Origin: Psammoneis japonica
Lineage: Eukaryota
Length of the DNA stretch: 64,000 bases
Assembly (NCBI GenBank): GCA_008632985.1
Contig: QPGO01000090.1
Coordinates: 1-64,000, forward strand
Direction of reading: 5' to 3'
Position 1 is the stretch's first letter, and each line of letters starts with the position of its first letter. The notes below the pieces were generated by a model. It made no database searches and was not told the DNA's origin. It saw only the letters and a list, made by a program, of their open reading frames with translations. A program made the position numbers and the translations under genes. Shown here in pieces: positions 25,403-38,300 of this stretch.

Positions 25403-26023
25403 TCAAAACATATCATCCTCAAGTCCCCTCAAATAATCCCCAATATCCGCTTGATGCAATACGACATTGCCGGTTGGATCGAGTTGTTGGGCAAATTCCG
25501 TGGATTGTGCCGCAACTCCAAAGCCCAACGCCACATCGCCCGACATGGAATACACCACGACACCGGCGTATTGGGGTGTCGATTCCGTCATGCGTGCCAA
25601 TCCATTCTTGGTTACGTGATTTCCATACAAAAAGGACATTTCCGCAGACGGTTTGACCCAAACCTTGTACTGAATATATATTATAATGTGATCGATTAGA
25701 CTTGGTGAACAACACAAGCAAAACAACACTAGAATTGTTACCTTTGCATATTGCGACAGATACTCCAATGCCGTCACGTGCAATCGAAATTTACCCGATT
25801 TTGTAAATTTACCAAAACACGTTCCGACCGAAAGCAACGAGTCCTTGGGAATGCTGGTGGCTGCCTTGAGGGAGGTTTCACTCACATAGTATACTCGGTC
25901 CTTAATGAGTCGAAAGCAATGTCGTTCGTCCTTGCGATTAATCAATTGTTCAATGGACCGGCCAATGTATTCGGATAATTTTAAAAAGAGTGTTTTCGTT
26001 TCGTCTTCTGTGAGTGGTCTCAT
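25403..26023 (-). CDS. NIP7: 60S ribosome biogenesis protein NIP7
   Basis: [30 protein letters not shown] and [10 protein letters not shown]. In-frame 72-bp intron 25670-25741. Confidence 0.93.
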   Translation of the reverse strand: MRPLTEDETKTLFLKLSEYIGRSIEQLINRKDERHCFRLIKDRVYYVSETSLKAATSIPKDSLLSVGTCFGKFTKSGKFRLHVTALEYLSQYAKVTILVLFCLCCSPSLIDHIIIYIQYKVWVKPSAEMSFLYGNHVTKNGLARMTESTPQYAGVVVYSMSGDVALGFGVAAQSTEFAQQLDPTGNVVLHQADIGDYLRGLEDDMF

Positions 26024-26407
26024 GATTTTGTATTGTTGTTGTTGTGTGGCGGTTTTGTGTGGTTGTCTCGTTCAAAAAGCTGTTGTTTTGTATAGAACGA
26101 ATAGGACAGCTCTAGGAAATAGTAGTTCAACTAAAAGGAAGCTTCTGGTAAGATGTTTGATTGCTCTTACTACTGTACGTCGAAAACAACAGCAGTCTGC
26201 GATACAGAAAAAAAGTGAGCGAAAATTTCGTGGTGATGGAAATGAACCGATAACCTGTTAGTTTTTAGTCGAATGATTCAAAGACCTGCATCCAACGGAA
26301 CGTCTGTCCTTGCGCTCCCGACGCCGACGCACAATGATGATCCGACGACGACGGTGGAGTTATTGGTTCGTTTTGACGACCATGGCGCCCCCCTTCCAAC
26401 CTTCACG

Positions 26408-29051
26408 ATGAACGCATTCAGATTGAGGTTTTGTGCTATCCTGAGTTTTTGTTTCTTTTCCTGTTTTATTCCAGACAAGATCCGCTCTGGCTTCTTGTTT
26501 GTCTCTGCTTTTTGCCGCACACAACCATCAAGAAGCTTCTCTGTTATTGCGAAAGAGCATCTTTCGTACAGAAAATTCACCCGCCCTCGAAACATCTACT
26601 TGTATTCTTACAATGACAATGGCGGAGGATTTTCATTGGAAGTGATGAAGATGATGAATTGAACGATTTGTGGTTTTCGGTAGACAACGATGACATTGAC
26701 GAAGACGATTCTCTCGAGACGCAACCGCCGCCGCAGTGGATAAAGGCACCGCAAGAAAGAATGTTTCAAGAAATGGAGGATGAAACTGCCGAGAAGAAGC
26801 AGAGTAAACAAAGAATGGGTCGAAAGTATGGTGCCGTACCACGACCACCCGAGTATTGGGAATTTCGAATACGCCTCTTGCGCGACTATTACGAACAACA
26901 CGGTCACATTGACGTGCCCTATCTATACGTTTGCCTACTACTGTAGAGGAATTGGTGGCGGCACAAAACATGACGTGTGAACAAGTGGTTTCGTCAACGG
27001 GACGTCCGCCCAAACAAAACAAAAATCAATTTCGATTGGGCCACGTGGTGTTTGCGCTCCGCGACATGGGACAAGAACGGGTTCCGGCACAGCTTGTAAA
27101 AGAATTGAATCAAATGGGCATGACATGGTCACCCGTGGGACGGGGACGACAGCCTGCCAAATTCCGGCAACGATTGGCCATGTGGAATAATTCGACACGA
27201 CGAGACGAGGAGGTGGATAGTTGGATGTGGCAACAACGGTACAACTACAATCGACAAGAAACGCACAGTCTGCCGGGACCGGTGACACCCGAACGAGTAG
27301 AACAATTGACCGAGGTTGGTATTTTACCCTACAAACGACCGCGAACTATACTGCGGGACTATTTTGATACAGCGTGGCAAGAGTCTTTGCAATCATGGAA
27401 ACACGAGTCCGCACAACAGAGTGAGACCATGGACGTTTGGGTCTGGGAACAACTACGAATGCATCATGCACTTGTTGGTGGAGAATCTGCCAAAGGGAGT
27501 GTCACCGACTACTTACCCAAGCTATTGACGGCACCAAGGCTTCAGAACTTGACAGAATGCAACTTTTTACAGCAAGCTACGGTTGCGTTGCGAGGGCAAA
27601 ACGCCATTTCTCCGGAACAAGATGTCTTGGCGTTAAACTTGGACTGGGACAAGGTTTGGTCGGCATTGACGGCATTCAAGAAGCAACACCAGCACCTGCG
27701 CATTACACCACTGCTCGCTTTTTACGACAACATGGATCTCTATTCTGTATCCCGTCGTCTAATGTTGGAATACAAAAACATCCAAAGAGGTTCAAATGTT
27801 AATGTAGACGTGAAACAACATCTTTTGTTGAATAACAAAAGAATCCAATCCCTAAAGGACCTTGGGTTCTTTAAGGACGACAAGAGAAGGAAAAAGGATG
27901 GGCCTCTGGCAGCTGAATATCAATGGTGGGAATACTACCATGAGCTTCGGCGATATCGGGACCGCTATGGAACCGTACAAGCATCTGCCAAAGCCAACCC
28001 TGAACTGAATGAGTGGATCAAGCAACAACAAGAGCAGTTTCGAAAGATTATGGATAGCGTCAATACGAGTCACGACAAGAAGGGACCGCTGTCCGAGACT
28101 CACTATGTCGCATTGGTTAATTTGGGTATGGCTTTCGAATCGCCATTGCTCGATACCATGCCCGAGCAACCACCAGCGCTGTTTGCAGCCAAGAGCACCC
28201 GCGTGGGTCGACCACCGGCCCTGTTAGCCTTGAATCCTGATGTCGCAGCAACTAAAAATACCTCCAAGAATAAACTTGGTGAAAAGCACAAGGCGGTCGT
28301 GGAGGAGTCTGTTTGGATGACTCGTTACCGAGAAATGAAACTGTTTATGGAAAAGCATGGTCATTGTAGCATCCCGAGCGGTGGTGACGGACAACTCGCA
28401 CTGTGGGCTTTCTTTCAACGGGTGCAATACGAGCGACTCTTGTCGGGCAGAAAAAGTCGAAGCTTGACTCCAAAACGTATTCAACTGCTTAAGGATATTG
28501 GATTTGATTTCCATCAAGGCGACATCACCACCACAAGTTATCACCATGAAGGACAAGACGAGAAGGAGGAGTGGACATTCATGGTGCAGGAGCTCGTGCG
28601 ATTCAAGCAAGAGAACGGTCATTGTTTCATTCCCGCAAGTCTGCCAAGTAACCCGAGTTTAGGACAATGGGTCCATACACAGCGTCAACTCGTTCGACAG
28701 CAGCCAAAGCAAAAGAAACTGTCCAACAAGCAAAGAAAGCAACTCATGGAGGCAGGCCTTGATTTGGAAATGGGCAATATAGAGTATGCTCGCAGAGCTT
28801 TCCAGACGCAATGGGACGCGAGAGTTGCCGAGTTGAAAGCATTCAAAGCTCATCATGGACATTGTCGAGTGGAGGCTTTTGTGCATAATCACGATAATAT
28901 CGGTGATTGGAACAAATACAAACAGTTACAGAAATGGGTGCAGGACCAGCGGCGTTTCTACAAGTTGTGGCAGGAGAACGAAATCCCGTCTCACGTAAAT
29001 GGCGAGAGAATAAAAGAGTTGGAATCGTTAGGGTTTCAGTGGGAAGAGTGA
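26408..29051 (+). CDS. Multi helicase-associated (HA) domain protein
   Basis: Repeated WxxxxxELxxFKxxHGHC...LxxWVxxQR...RIxxLxxxGF motifs in 26931-29051. The N-terminal part (26408-26940, signal-like) joins through apparent frameshifts near 26640 and 26930, so the start is uncertain. Confidence 0.75.
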
Positions 29052-29313
29052 GTCAGCATAACAGAGAGATAATCTCATACTCCAAGCTATGATAGGGCCT
29101 TACTCTAGTTGTCGCCATACATAGAGTATGGTAGTATGTGGGAACAAAAAAGGCCTTCGATTTATTCGTCGGCATGAGCTTCGTAGAGCTTCAGTAGTTT
29201 CTTTACATACGCAGAATGCACGTTTCGTTCAATACAAAGAGTAATGTACTACATACTGTGAGGTAAACCAGTGGGATGTGTGTAGATTAGACAAAACGTT
29301 TCCCGCGCAATCT

Positions 29314-32300
29314 GGTAAAGATTTCATGCTCGTGGCTGGTTAACGACAAGCCCATAGCCCAATCTCTTTGTCTGACTTCGAGCCAAAGTAAGCTAAATGG
29401 TTAGTGTAAATCGTTAAGTGTCATTTCCACTTCGACACAAAGAAAGCTAAATGGTTAGTGTAAATCGTTAAGTGTCATTTCCACTTCCATACAAAGACAG
29501 CTAAATGCTTAACGGTAGTGGTCAGATTTCAAAATCTGAGCAATACAGAAATGTCAATGATGAATAAGGATTTTAGATTGCTTCTGCCGTAAATATCATT
29601 ACGCCAATGCCACTAATGAATTCACAAATGAATTTGTATTCCATCCTTTTCCTGAACTTTGATCTATCGGCATTTTCGATACGAGTGCTCGACGCGATGA
29701 CAATGAGGCATGCTTGTATGTGTCATGGCCATAAGCTGTGAGGCGTACCGTCACATTTGGATTGAACTCGGGGATCTTGATGTCGAAAGTAGCCATTTGT
29801 TTGACATTCGTGATTTTTCATCGCCCACAAACTGGGATTTCAACTGAGTCGAGTTGATGTTGGACGTGTTTCAAAGCACTGCGTTTGATGAAACAATTGA
29901 GGGCTCTGGAATTATGGCATTTTATGCCATGGAGACTTAAAACAGCAAATGGGTTGACAATCAAGCAGTGATCGGGTTTGCCAACATTTCCAAAAATGTG
30001 ACAACAAAAGTTGCATCACTCAACAACCAACAACATCTCAAGAGATGGAAACAAGAAAAGTGACTCCTCTTTGCACTTGAATTAAAAGAGACAACAATGC
30101 ACAACAAACATTTGAGAAGGACAAGAAGCTCTTGAATGCATGGAACCAGAAGAGAGTCAATGAATCGCTCTTGTTTTGAACCTCTTGACCTGTTCTGTCC
30201 ATGATGGTGGTTGGCTGAAAGGTTGGTGGTGGTTTTTTTGTGTGACTTGCAGCTTGAGGCATGTTGATGCATGAACACATGGCCCATGTGTGGTGTCACC
30301 TTTGGAAAGTGCCACTTGTGGAGCTTGCGTGGACAACTCTCTGTGCTCAAGCTTTGTCCGCCAAATGCTCCATCAAAGTCCAGATGATGCTGCCACATCC
30401 CACCCGACCATTGACACAAAACAGTTCTTGCAAAATGTTGTTGCCCATTTCCCTCTTCCTCTGCAGAGCAGCCCTCTTGGTGACAGTGCTGCCCACATGC
30501 CAGAATGTGCTCAAGAATGCTTTCCATTTTGCCAGCAAAGATGCCCAACGTGGGGCTGTGTGGGCTCGAATCTCTCTCAAGACAAGCTGACATTTGTGCC
30601 TGGCACTGGCGGCAATGCTCAGCCCTCCTTCCTGTTTGACTTCCCAGGAGTGTGCCCAGATCTCCTGCGTGCTGAGTGGCTCAACCACAAGAGTCGCTGT
30701 CTTTGTCAGTTTTGTCAGCAGGATGTGCCAAGGCTGCTCTGGCCATGTGTGCGCAAGGACAGCTGCGACAGTGCTTTCTGCTGTCAGCAAAGAGTGTGAG
30801 CTGGCTGGACTGCCCAACCCCACACTTCACAGCTCCTTGGCAGTCACTCCAAATCAAGTGCCAACTTGGGGTCAACCGCACCTGGCTGGCTGCAATGCAA
30901 AGACAGCTGTGGCAGCACTTTGTGACAACAAAGAGAGTGCGAGCTGGCTGGGCTCCCAACCCCACACTTCACAGCCCCTCAGCACTGGATCCCAATCAAA
31001 TGCCAACTTGGGGCCAATGGCTGTGAAGCCATCATTGCAAATCCCTGTGCCTGCCCCCTCACACAGCTTTGCACAGGGTCAACATTTGTGGCCTTTGCAA
31101 GATGGGCCCTGGCTGGCTGCTGGCTCTTCAGCCACACGGCTTGCACAACAAGCCACCACAACACAGAGCACTGTGGGGTGAGTGCAGCACAGCCCAAACA
31201 AGCACACCATGCTGAGATCACCCAGAGTTGGCTGCTGTCCTGGGGCTCCATTCAAAGCTGGGCTGGGCTGCTTGGCTCCTTGGTGTGCAGCACATGCTTG
31301 GCATCACACTCTTGTTGCCAAGCAGCCACATGGCATGTGCCCACCATTTGTGCCTGCAACAGTGACCCCAGCCACAAAGAAGCCAACAAAAAGTTGAACC
31401 TGGTTTTGTGGTTGAAGAGTGAAGAAACTGTGAGTGAAGTTTGGTTCAAGATTTGTTGGCAATGCCAAGTGGGCAACCAAAGAGAGGCGCCAAAAATGGC
31501 CATTCTCGCTCATTTCTCAAGAGGAGCTTGCGCTCATGATGCAGGGTCTGAAGCAAGCACCAGCCAAGACAACAGTTTTTTCTCTCTGCCCCACTTAAAA
31601 CACAGCCTTTGAGTCAATGTGGTGCTCCTTCAACAACTCACGCACACTGGGAAGAGCAGCTGGAGCCAGGGCAGCTGGCCTGGCAGGGCTTGGCTGACAC
31701 CCAAGCTGGGCTGCTCAGCCTGGTGGCACACACTCAGTGCCACATTGTCACCCTCCTGCAACTGCAATGTGCCCCACTCTTTGCACCTGCAGCAACCACC
31801 CTGGATCAAAAGAAGCCAGTGCAACTCTGGCCATGGTTGCATGGTCAATTGTGTGTGTGTGTTCAACGGTTGATTCCCCTCTTTTTTTCTCTTTTCCTTT
31901 AACCGGCCACGAACATGAAAAAATTGCCCAATCTGGTAAAGATTTCATGCTCGTGGCTGGTTAACGACAAGCCCATAGCCCAATCTCTTTGTCTGACTTC
32001 GAGCCAAAGTAAGCTAAATGGTTAGTGTAAATCGTTAAGTGTCATTTCCACTTCGACACAAAGAAAGCTAAATGGTTAGTGTAAATCGTTAAGTGTCATT
32101 TCCACTTCCATACAAAGACAGCTAAATGCTTAACGGTAGTGGTCAGATTTCAAAATCTGAGCAATACAGAAATGTCAATGATGAATAAGGATTTTAGATT
32201 GCTTCTGCCGTAAATATCATTACGCCAATGCCACTAATGAATTCACAAATGAATTTGTATTCCATCCTTTTCCTGAACTTTGATCTATCGGCATTTTCGA

Positions 32301-35300
32301 TACGAGTGCTCGACGCGATGACAATGAGGCATGCTTGTATGTGTCATGGCCATAAGCTGTGAGGCGTACCGTCACATTTGGATTGAACTCGGGGATCTTG
32401 ATGTCGAAAGTAGCCATTTGTTTGACATTCGTGATTTTTCATCGCCCACAAACTGGGATTTCAACTGAGTCGAGTTGATGTTGGACGTGTTTCAAAGCAC
32501 TGCGTTTGATGAAACAATTGAGGGCTCTGGAATTATGGCATTTTATGCCATGGAGACTTAAAACAGCAAATGGGTTGACAATCAAGCAGTGATCGGGTTT
32601 GCCAACATTTCCAAAAATGTGACAACAAAAGTTGCATCACTCAACAACCAACAACATCTCAAGAGATGGAAACAAGAAAAGTGACTCCTCTTTGCACTTG
32701 AATTAAAAGAGACAACAATGCACAACAAACATTTGAGAAGGACAAGAAGCTCTTGAATGCATGGAACCAGAAGAGAGTCAATGAATCGCTCTTGTTTTGA
32801 ACCTCTTGACCTGTTCTGTCCATGATGGTGGTTGGCTGAAAGGTTGGTGGTGGTTTTTTTGTGTGACTTGCAGCTTGAGGCATGTTGATGCATGAACACA
32901 TGGCCCATGTGTGGTGTCACCTTTGGAAAGTGCCACTTGTGGAGCTTGCGTGGACAACTCTCTGTGCTCAAGCTTTGTCCGCCAAATGCTCCATCAAAGT
33001 CCAGATGATGCTGCCACATCCCACCCGACCATTGACACAAAACAGTTCTTGCAAAATGTTGTTGCCCATTTCCCTCTTCCTCTGCAGAGCAGCCCTCTTG
33101 GTGACAGTGCTGCCCACATGCCAGAATGTGCTCAAGAATGCTTTCCATTTTGCCAGCAAAGATGCCCAACGTGGGGCTGTGTGGGCTCGAATCTCTCTCA
33201 AGACAAGCTGACATTTGTGCCTGGCACTGGCGGCAATGCTCAGCCCTCCTTCCTGTTTGACTTCCCAGGAGTGTGCCCAGATCTCCTGCGTGCTGAGTGG
33301 CTCAACCACAAGAGTCGCTGTCTTTGTCAGTTTTGTCAGCAGGATGTGCCAAGGCTGCTCTGGCCATGTGTGCGCAAGGACAGCTGCGACAGTGCTTTCT
33401 GCTGTCAGCAAAGAGTGTGAGCTGGCTGGACTGCCCAACCCCACACTTCACAGCTCCTTGGCAGTCACTCCAAATCAAGTGCCAACTTGGGGTCAACCGC
33501 ACCTGGCTGGCTGCAATGCAAAGACAGCTGTGGCAGCACTTTGTGACAACAAAGAGAGTGCGAGCTGGCTGGGCTCCCAACCCCACACTTCACAGCCCCT
33601 CAGCACTGGATCCCAATCAAATGCCAACTTGGGGCCAATGGCTGTGAAGCCATCATTGCAAATCCCTGTGCCTGCCCCCTCACACAGCTTTGCACAGGGT
33701 CAACATTTGTGGCCTTTGCAAGATGGGCCCTGGCTGGCTGCTGGCTCTTCAGCCACACGGCTTGCACAACAAGCCACCACAACACAGAGCACTGTGGGGT
33801 GAGTGCAGCACAGCCCAAACAAGCACACCATGCTGAGATCACCCAGAGTTGGCTGCTGTCCTGGGGCTCCATTCAAAGCTGGGCTGGGCTGCTTGGCTCC
33901 TTGGTGTGCAGCACATGCTTGGCATCACACTCTTGTTGCCAAGCAGCCACATGGCATGTGCCCACCATTTGTGCCTGCAACAGTGACCCCAGCCACAAAG
34001 AAGCCAACAAAAAGTTGAACCTGGTTTTGTGGTTGAAGAGTGAAGAAACTGTGAGTGAAGTTTGGTTCAAGATTTGTTGGCAATGCCAAGTGGGCAACCA
34101 AAGAGAGGCGCCAAAAATGGCCATTCTCGCTCATTTCTCAAGAGGAGCTTGCGCTCATGATGCAGGGTCTGAAGCAAGCACCAGCCAAGACAACAGTTTT
34201 TTCTCTCTGCCCCACTTAAAACACAGCCTTTGAGTCAATGTGGTGCTCCTTCAACAACTCACGCACACTGGGAAGAGCAGCTGGAGCCAGGGCAGCTGGC
34301 CTGGCAGGGCTTGGCTGACACCCAAGCTGGGCTGCTCAGCCTGGTGGCACACACTCAGTGCCACATTGTCACCCTCCTGCAACTGCAATGTGCCCCACTC
34401 TTTGCACCTGCAGCAACCACCCTGGATCAAAAGAAGCCAGTGCAACTCTGGCCATGGTTGCATGGTCAATTGTGTGTGTGTGTTCAACGGTTGATTCCCC
34501 TCTTTTTTTCTCTTTTCCTTTAACCGGCCACGAACATGAAAAAATTGCCCAATCTGGTAAAGATTTCATGCTCGTGGCTGGTTAACGACAAGCCCATAGC
34601 CCAATCTCTTTGTCTGACTTCGAGCCAAAGTAAGCTAAATGGTTAGTGTAAATCGTTAAGTGTCATTTCCACTTCGACACAAAGAAAGCTAAATGGTTAG
34701 TGTAAATCGTTAAGTGTCATTTCCACTTCCATACAAAGACAGCTAAATGCTTAACGGTAGTGGTCAGATTTCAAAATCTGAGCAATACAGAAATGTCAAT
34801 GATGAATAAGGATTTTAGATTGCTTCTGCCGTAAATATCATTACGCCAATGCCACTAATGAATTCACAAATGAATTTGTATTCCATCCTTTTCCTGAACT
34901 TTGATCTATCGGCATTTTCGATACGAGTGCTCGACGCGATGACAATGAGGCATGCTTGTATGTGTCATGGCCATAAGCTGTGAGGCGTACCGTCACATTT
35001 GGATTGAACTCGGGGATCTTGATGTCGAAAGTAGCCATTTGTTTGACATTCGTGATTTTTCATCGCCCACAAACTGGGATTTCAACTGAGTCGAGTTGAT
35101 GTTGGACGTGTTTCAAAGCACTGCGTTTGATGAAACAATTGAGGGCTCTGGAATTATGGCATTTTATGCCATGGAGACTTAAAACAGCAAATGGGTTGAC
35201 AATCAAGCAGTGATCGGGTTTGCCAACATTTCCAAAAATGTGACAACAAAAGTTGCATCACTCAACAACCAACAACATCTCAAGAGATGGAAACAAGAAA

Positions 35301-38300
35301 AGTGACTCCTCTTTGCACTTGAATTAAAAGAGACAACAATGCACAACAAACATTTGAGAAGGACAAGAAGCTCTTGAATGCATGGAACCAGAAGAGAGTC
35401 AATGAATCGCTCTTGTTTTGAACCTCTTGACCTGTTCTGTCCATGATGGTGGTTGGCTGAAAGGTTGGTGGTGGTTTTTTTGTGTGACTTGCAGCTTGAG
35501 GCATGTTGATGCATGAACACATGGCCCATGTGTGGTGTCACCTTTGGAAAGTGCCACTTGTGGAGCTTGAGTGGACAACTCTCTGTGCTCAAGCTTTGTC
35601 CGCCAAATGCTCCATCAAAGTCCAGATGATGCTGCCACATCCCACCCGACCATTGACACAAAACAGTTCTTGCAAAATGTTGTTGCCCATTTCCCTCTTC
35701 CTCTGCAGAGCAGCCCTCTTGGTGACAGTGCTGCCCACATGCCAGAATGTGCTCAAGAATGCTTTCCATTTTGCCAGCAAAGATGCCCAACGCGGGGCTG
35801 TGTGGGCTCGAATCTCTCTCAAGACAAGCTGACATTTGTGCCTGGCACTGGCGGCAATGCTCAGCCCTCCTTCCTGTTTGACTTCCCAGGAGTGTGCCCA
35901 GATCTCCTGCGTGCTGAGTGGCTCAACCACAAGAGTCGCTGTCTTTGTCAGTTTTGTCAGCAGGATGTGCCAAGGCTGCTCTGGCCATGTGTGCGCAAGG
36001 ACAGCTGCGACAGTGCTTTCTGCTGTCAGCAAAGAGTGTGAGCTGGCTGGACTGCCCAACCCCACACTTCACAGCTCCTTGGCAGTCACTCCAAATCAAG
36101 TGCCAACTTGGGGTCAACCGCACCTGGCTGGCTGCAATGCAAAGACAGCTGTGGCAGCACTTTGTGACAACAAAGAGAGTGCGAGCTGGCTGGGCTCCCA
36201 ACCCCACACTTCACAGCCCCTCAGCACTGGATCCCAATCAAATGCCAACTTGGGGCCAATGGCTGTGAAGCCATCATTGCAAATCCCTGTGCCTGCCCCC
36301 TCACACAGCTTTGCACAGGGTCAACATTTGTGGCCTTTGCAAGATGGGCCCTGGCTGGCTGCTGGCTCTTCAGCCACACGGCTTGCACAACAAGCCACCA
36401 CAACACAGAGCACTGTGGGGTGAGTGCAGCACAGCCCAAACAAGCACACCATGCTGAGATCACCCAGAGTTGGCTGCTGTCCTGGGGCTCCATTCAAAGC
36501 TGGGCTGGGCTGCTTGGCTCCTTGGTGTGCAGCACATGCTTGGCATCACACTCTTGTTGCCAAGCAGCCACATGGCATGTGCCCACCATTTGTGCCTGCA
36601 ACAGTGACCCCAGCCACAAAGAAGCCAACAAAAAGTTGAACCTGGTTTTGTGGTTGAAGAGTGAAGAAACTGTGAGTGAAGTTTGGTTCAAGATTTGTTG
36701 GCAATGCCAAGTGGGCAACCAAAGAGAGGCGCCAAAAATGGCCATTCTCGCTCATTTCTCAAGAGGAGCTTGCGCTCATGATGCAGGGTCTGAAGCAAGC
36801 ACCAGCCAAGACAACAGTTTTTTCTCTCTGCCCCACTTAAAACACAGCCTTTGAGTCAATGTGGTGCTCCTTCAACAACTCACGCACACTGGGAAGAGCA
36901 GCTGGAGCCAGGGCAGCTGGCCTGGCAGGGCTTGGCTGATGCCCAAGCTGGGCTGCTCAGCCTGGTGGCACACACTCAGTGCCACATTGTCACCCTCCTG
37001 CAACTGCAATGTGCCCCACTCTTTGCACCTGCAGCAACCACCCTGGATCAAAAGAAGCCAGTGCAACTCTGGCCATGGTTGCATGGTCAATTGTGTGTGT
37101 GTGTTCAACGGTTGATTCCCCTCTTTTTTTCTCTTTTCCTTTAACCGGCCACGAACATGAAAAAATTGCCCAATCTGGTAAAGATTTCATGCTCGTGGCT
37201 GGTTAACGACAAGCCCATAGCCCAATCTCTTTGTCTGACTTCGAGCCAAAGTAAGCTAAATGGTTAGTGTAAATCGTTAAGTGTCATTTCCACTTCGACA
37301 CAAAGAAAGCTAAATGGTTAGTGTAAATCGTTAAGTGTCATTTCCACTTCCATACAAAGACAGCTAAATGCTTAACGGTAGTGGTCAGATTTCAAAATCT
37401 GAGCAATACAGAAATGTCAATGATGAATAAGGATTTTAGATTGCTTCTGCCGTAAATATCATTACGCCAATGCCACTAATGAATTCACAAATGAATTTGT
37501 ATTCCATCCTTTTCCTGAACTTTGATCTATCGGCATTTTCGATACGAGTGCTCGACGCGATGACAATGAGGCATGCTTGTATGTGTCATGGCCATAAGCT
37601 GTGAGGCGTACCGTCACATTTGGATTGAACTCGGGATCTTGATGTCGAAAGTAGCCATTTGTTTGACATTCGTGATTTTTCATCGCCCACAAACTGGGAT
37701 TTCAACTGAGTCGAGTTGATGTTGGACGTGTTTCAAAGCACTGCGTTTGATGAAACAATTGAGGGCTCTGGAATTATGGCATTTTATGCCATGGAGACTT
37801 AAAACAGCAAATGGGTTGACAATCAAGCAGTGATCGGGTTTGCCAACATTTCCAAAAATGTGACAACAAAAGTTGCATCACTCAACAACCAACAACATCT
37901 CAAGAGATGGAAACAAGAAAAGTGACTCCTCTTTGCACTTGAATTAAAAGAGACAACAATGCACAACAAACATTTGAGAAGGACAAGAAGCTCTTGAATG
38001 CATGGAACCAGAAGAGAGTCAATGAATCGCTCTTGTTTTGAACCTCTTGACCTGTTCTGTCCATGATGGTGGTTGGCTGAAAGGTTGGTGGTGGTTTTTT
38101 TGTGTGACTTGCAGCTTGAGGCATGTTGATGCATGAACACATGGCCCATGTGTGGTGTCACCTTTGGAAAGTGCCACTTGTGGAGCTTGAGTGGACAACT
38201 CTCTGTGCTCAAGCTTTGTCCGCCAAATGCTCCATCAAAGTCCAGATGATGCTGCCACATCCCACCCGACCATTGACACAAAACAGTTCTTGCAAAATGT

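Noticed and set aside
30290..30460. Possible GNAT-like remnant (VNGRVGCGSIIWTLMEHLA) on the minus strand of the array cargo
   Set aside because: Too short and degenerate to support without a profile search.
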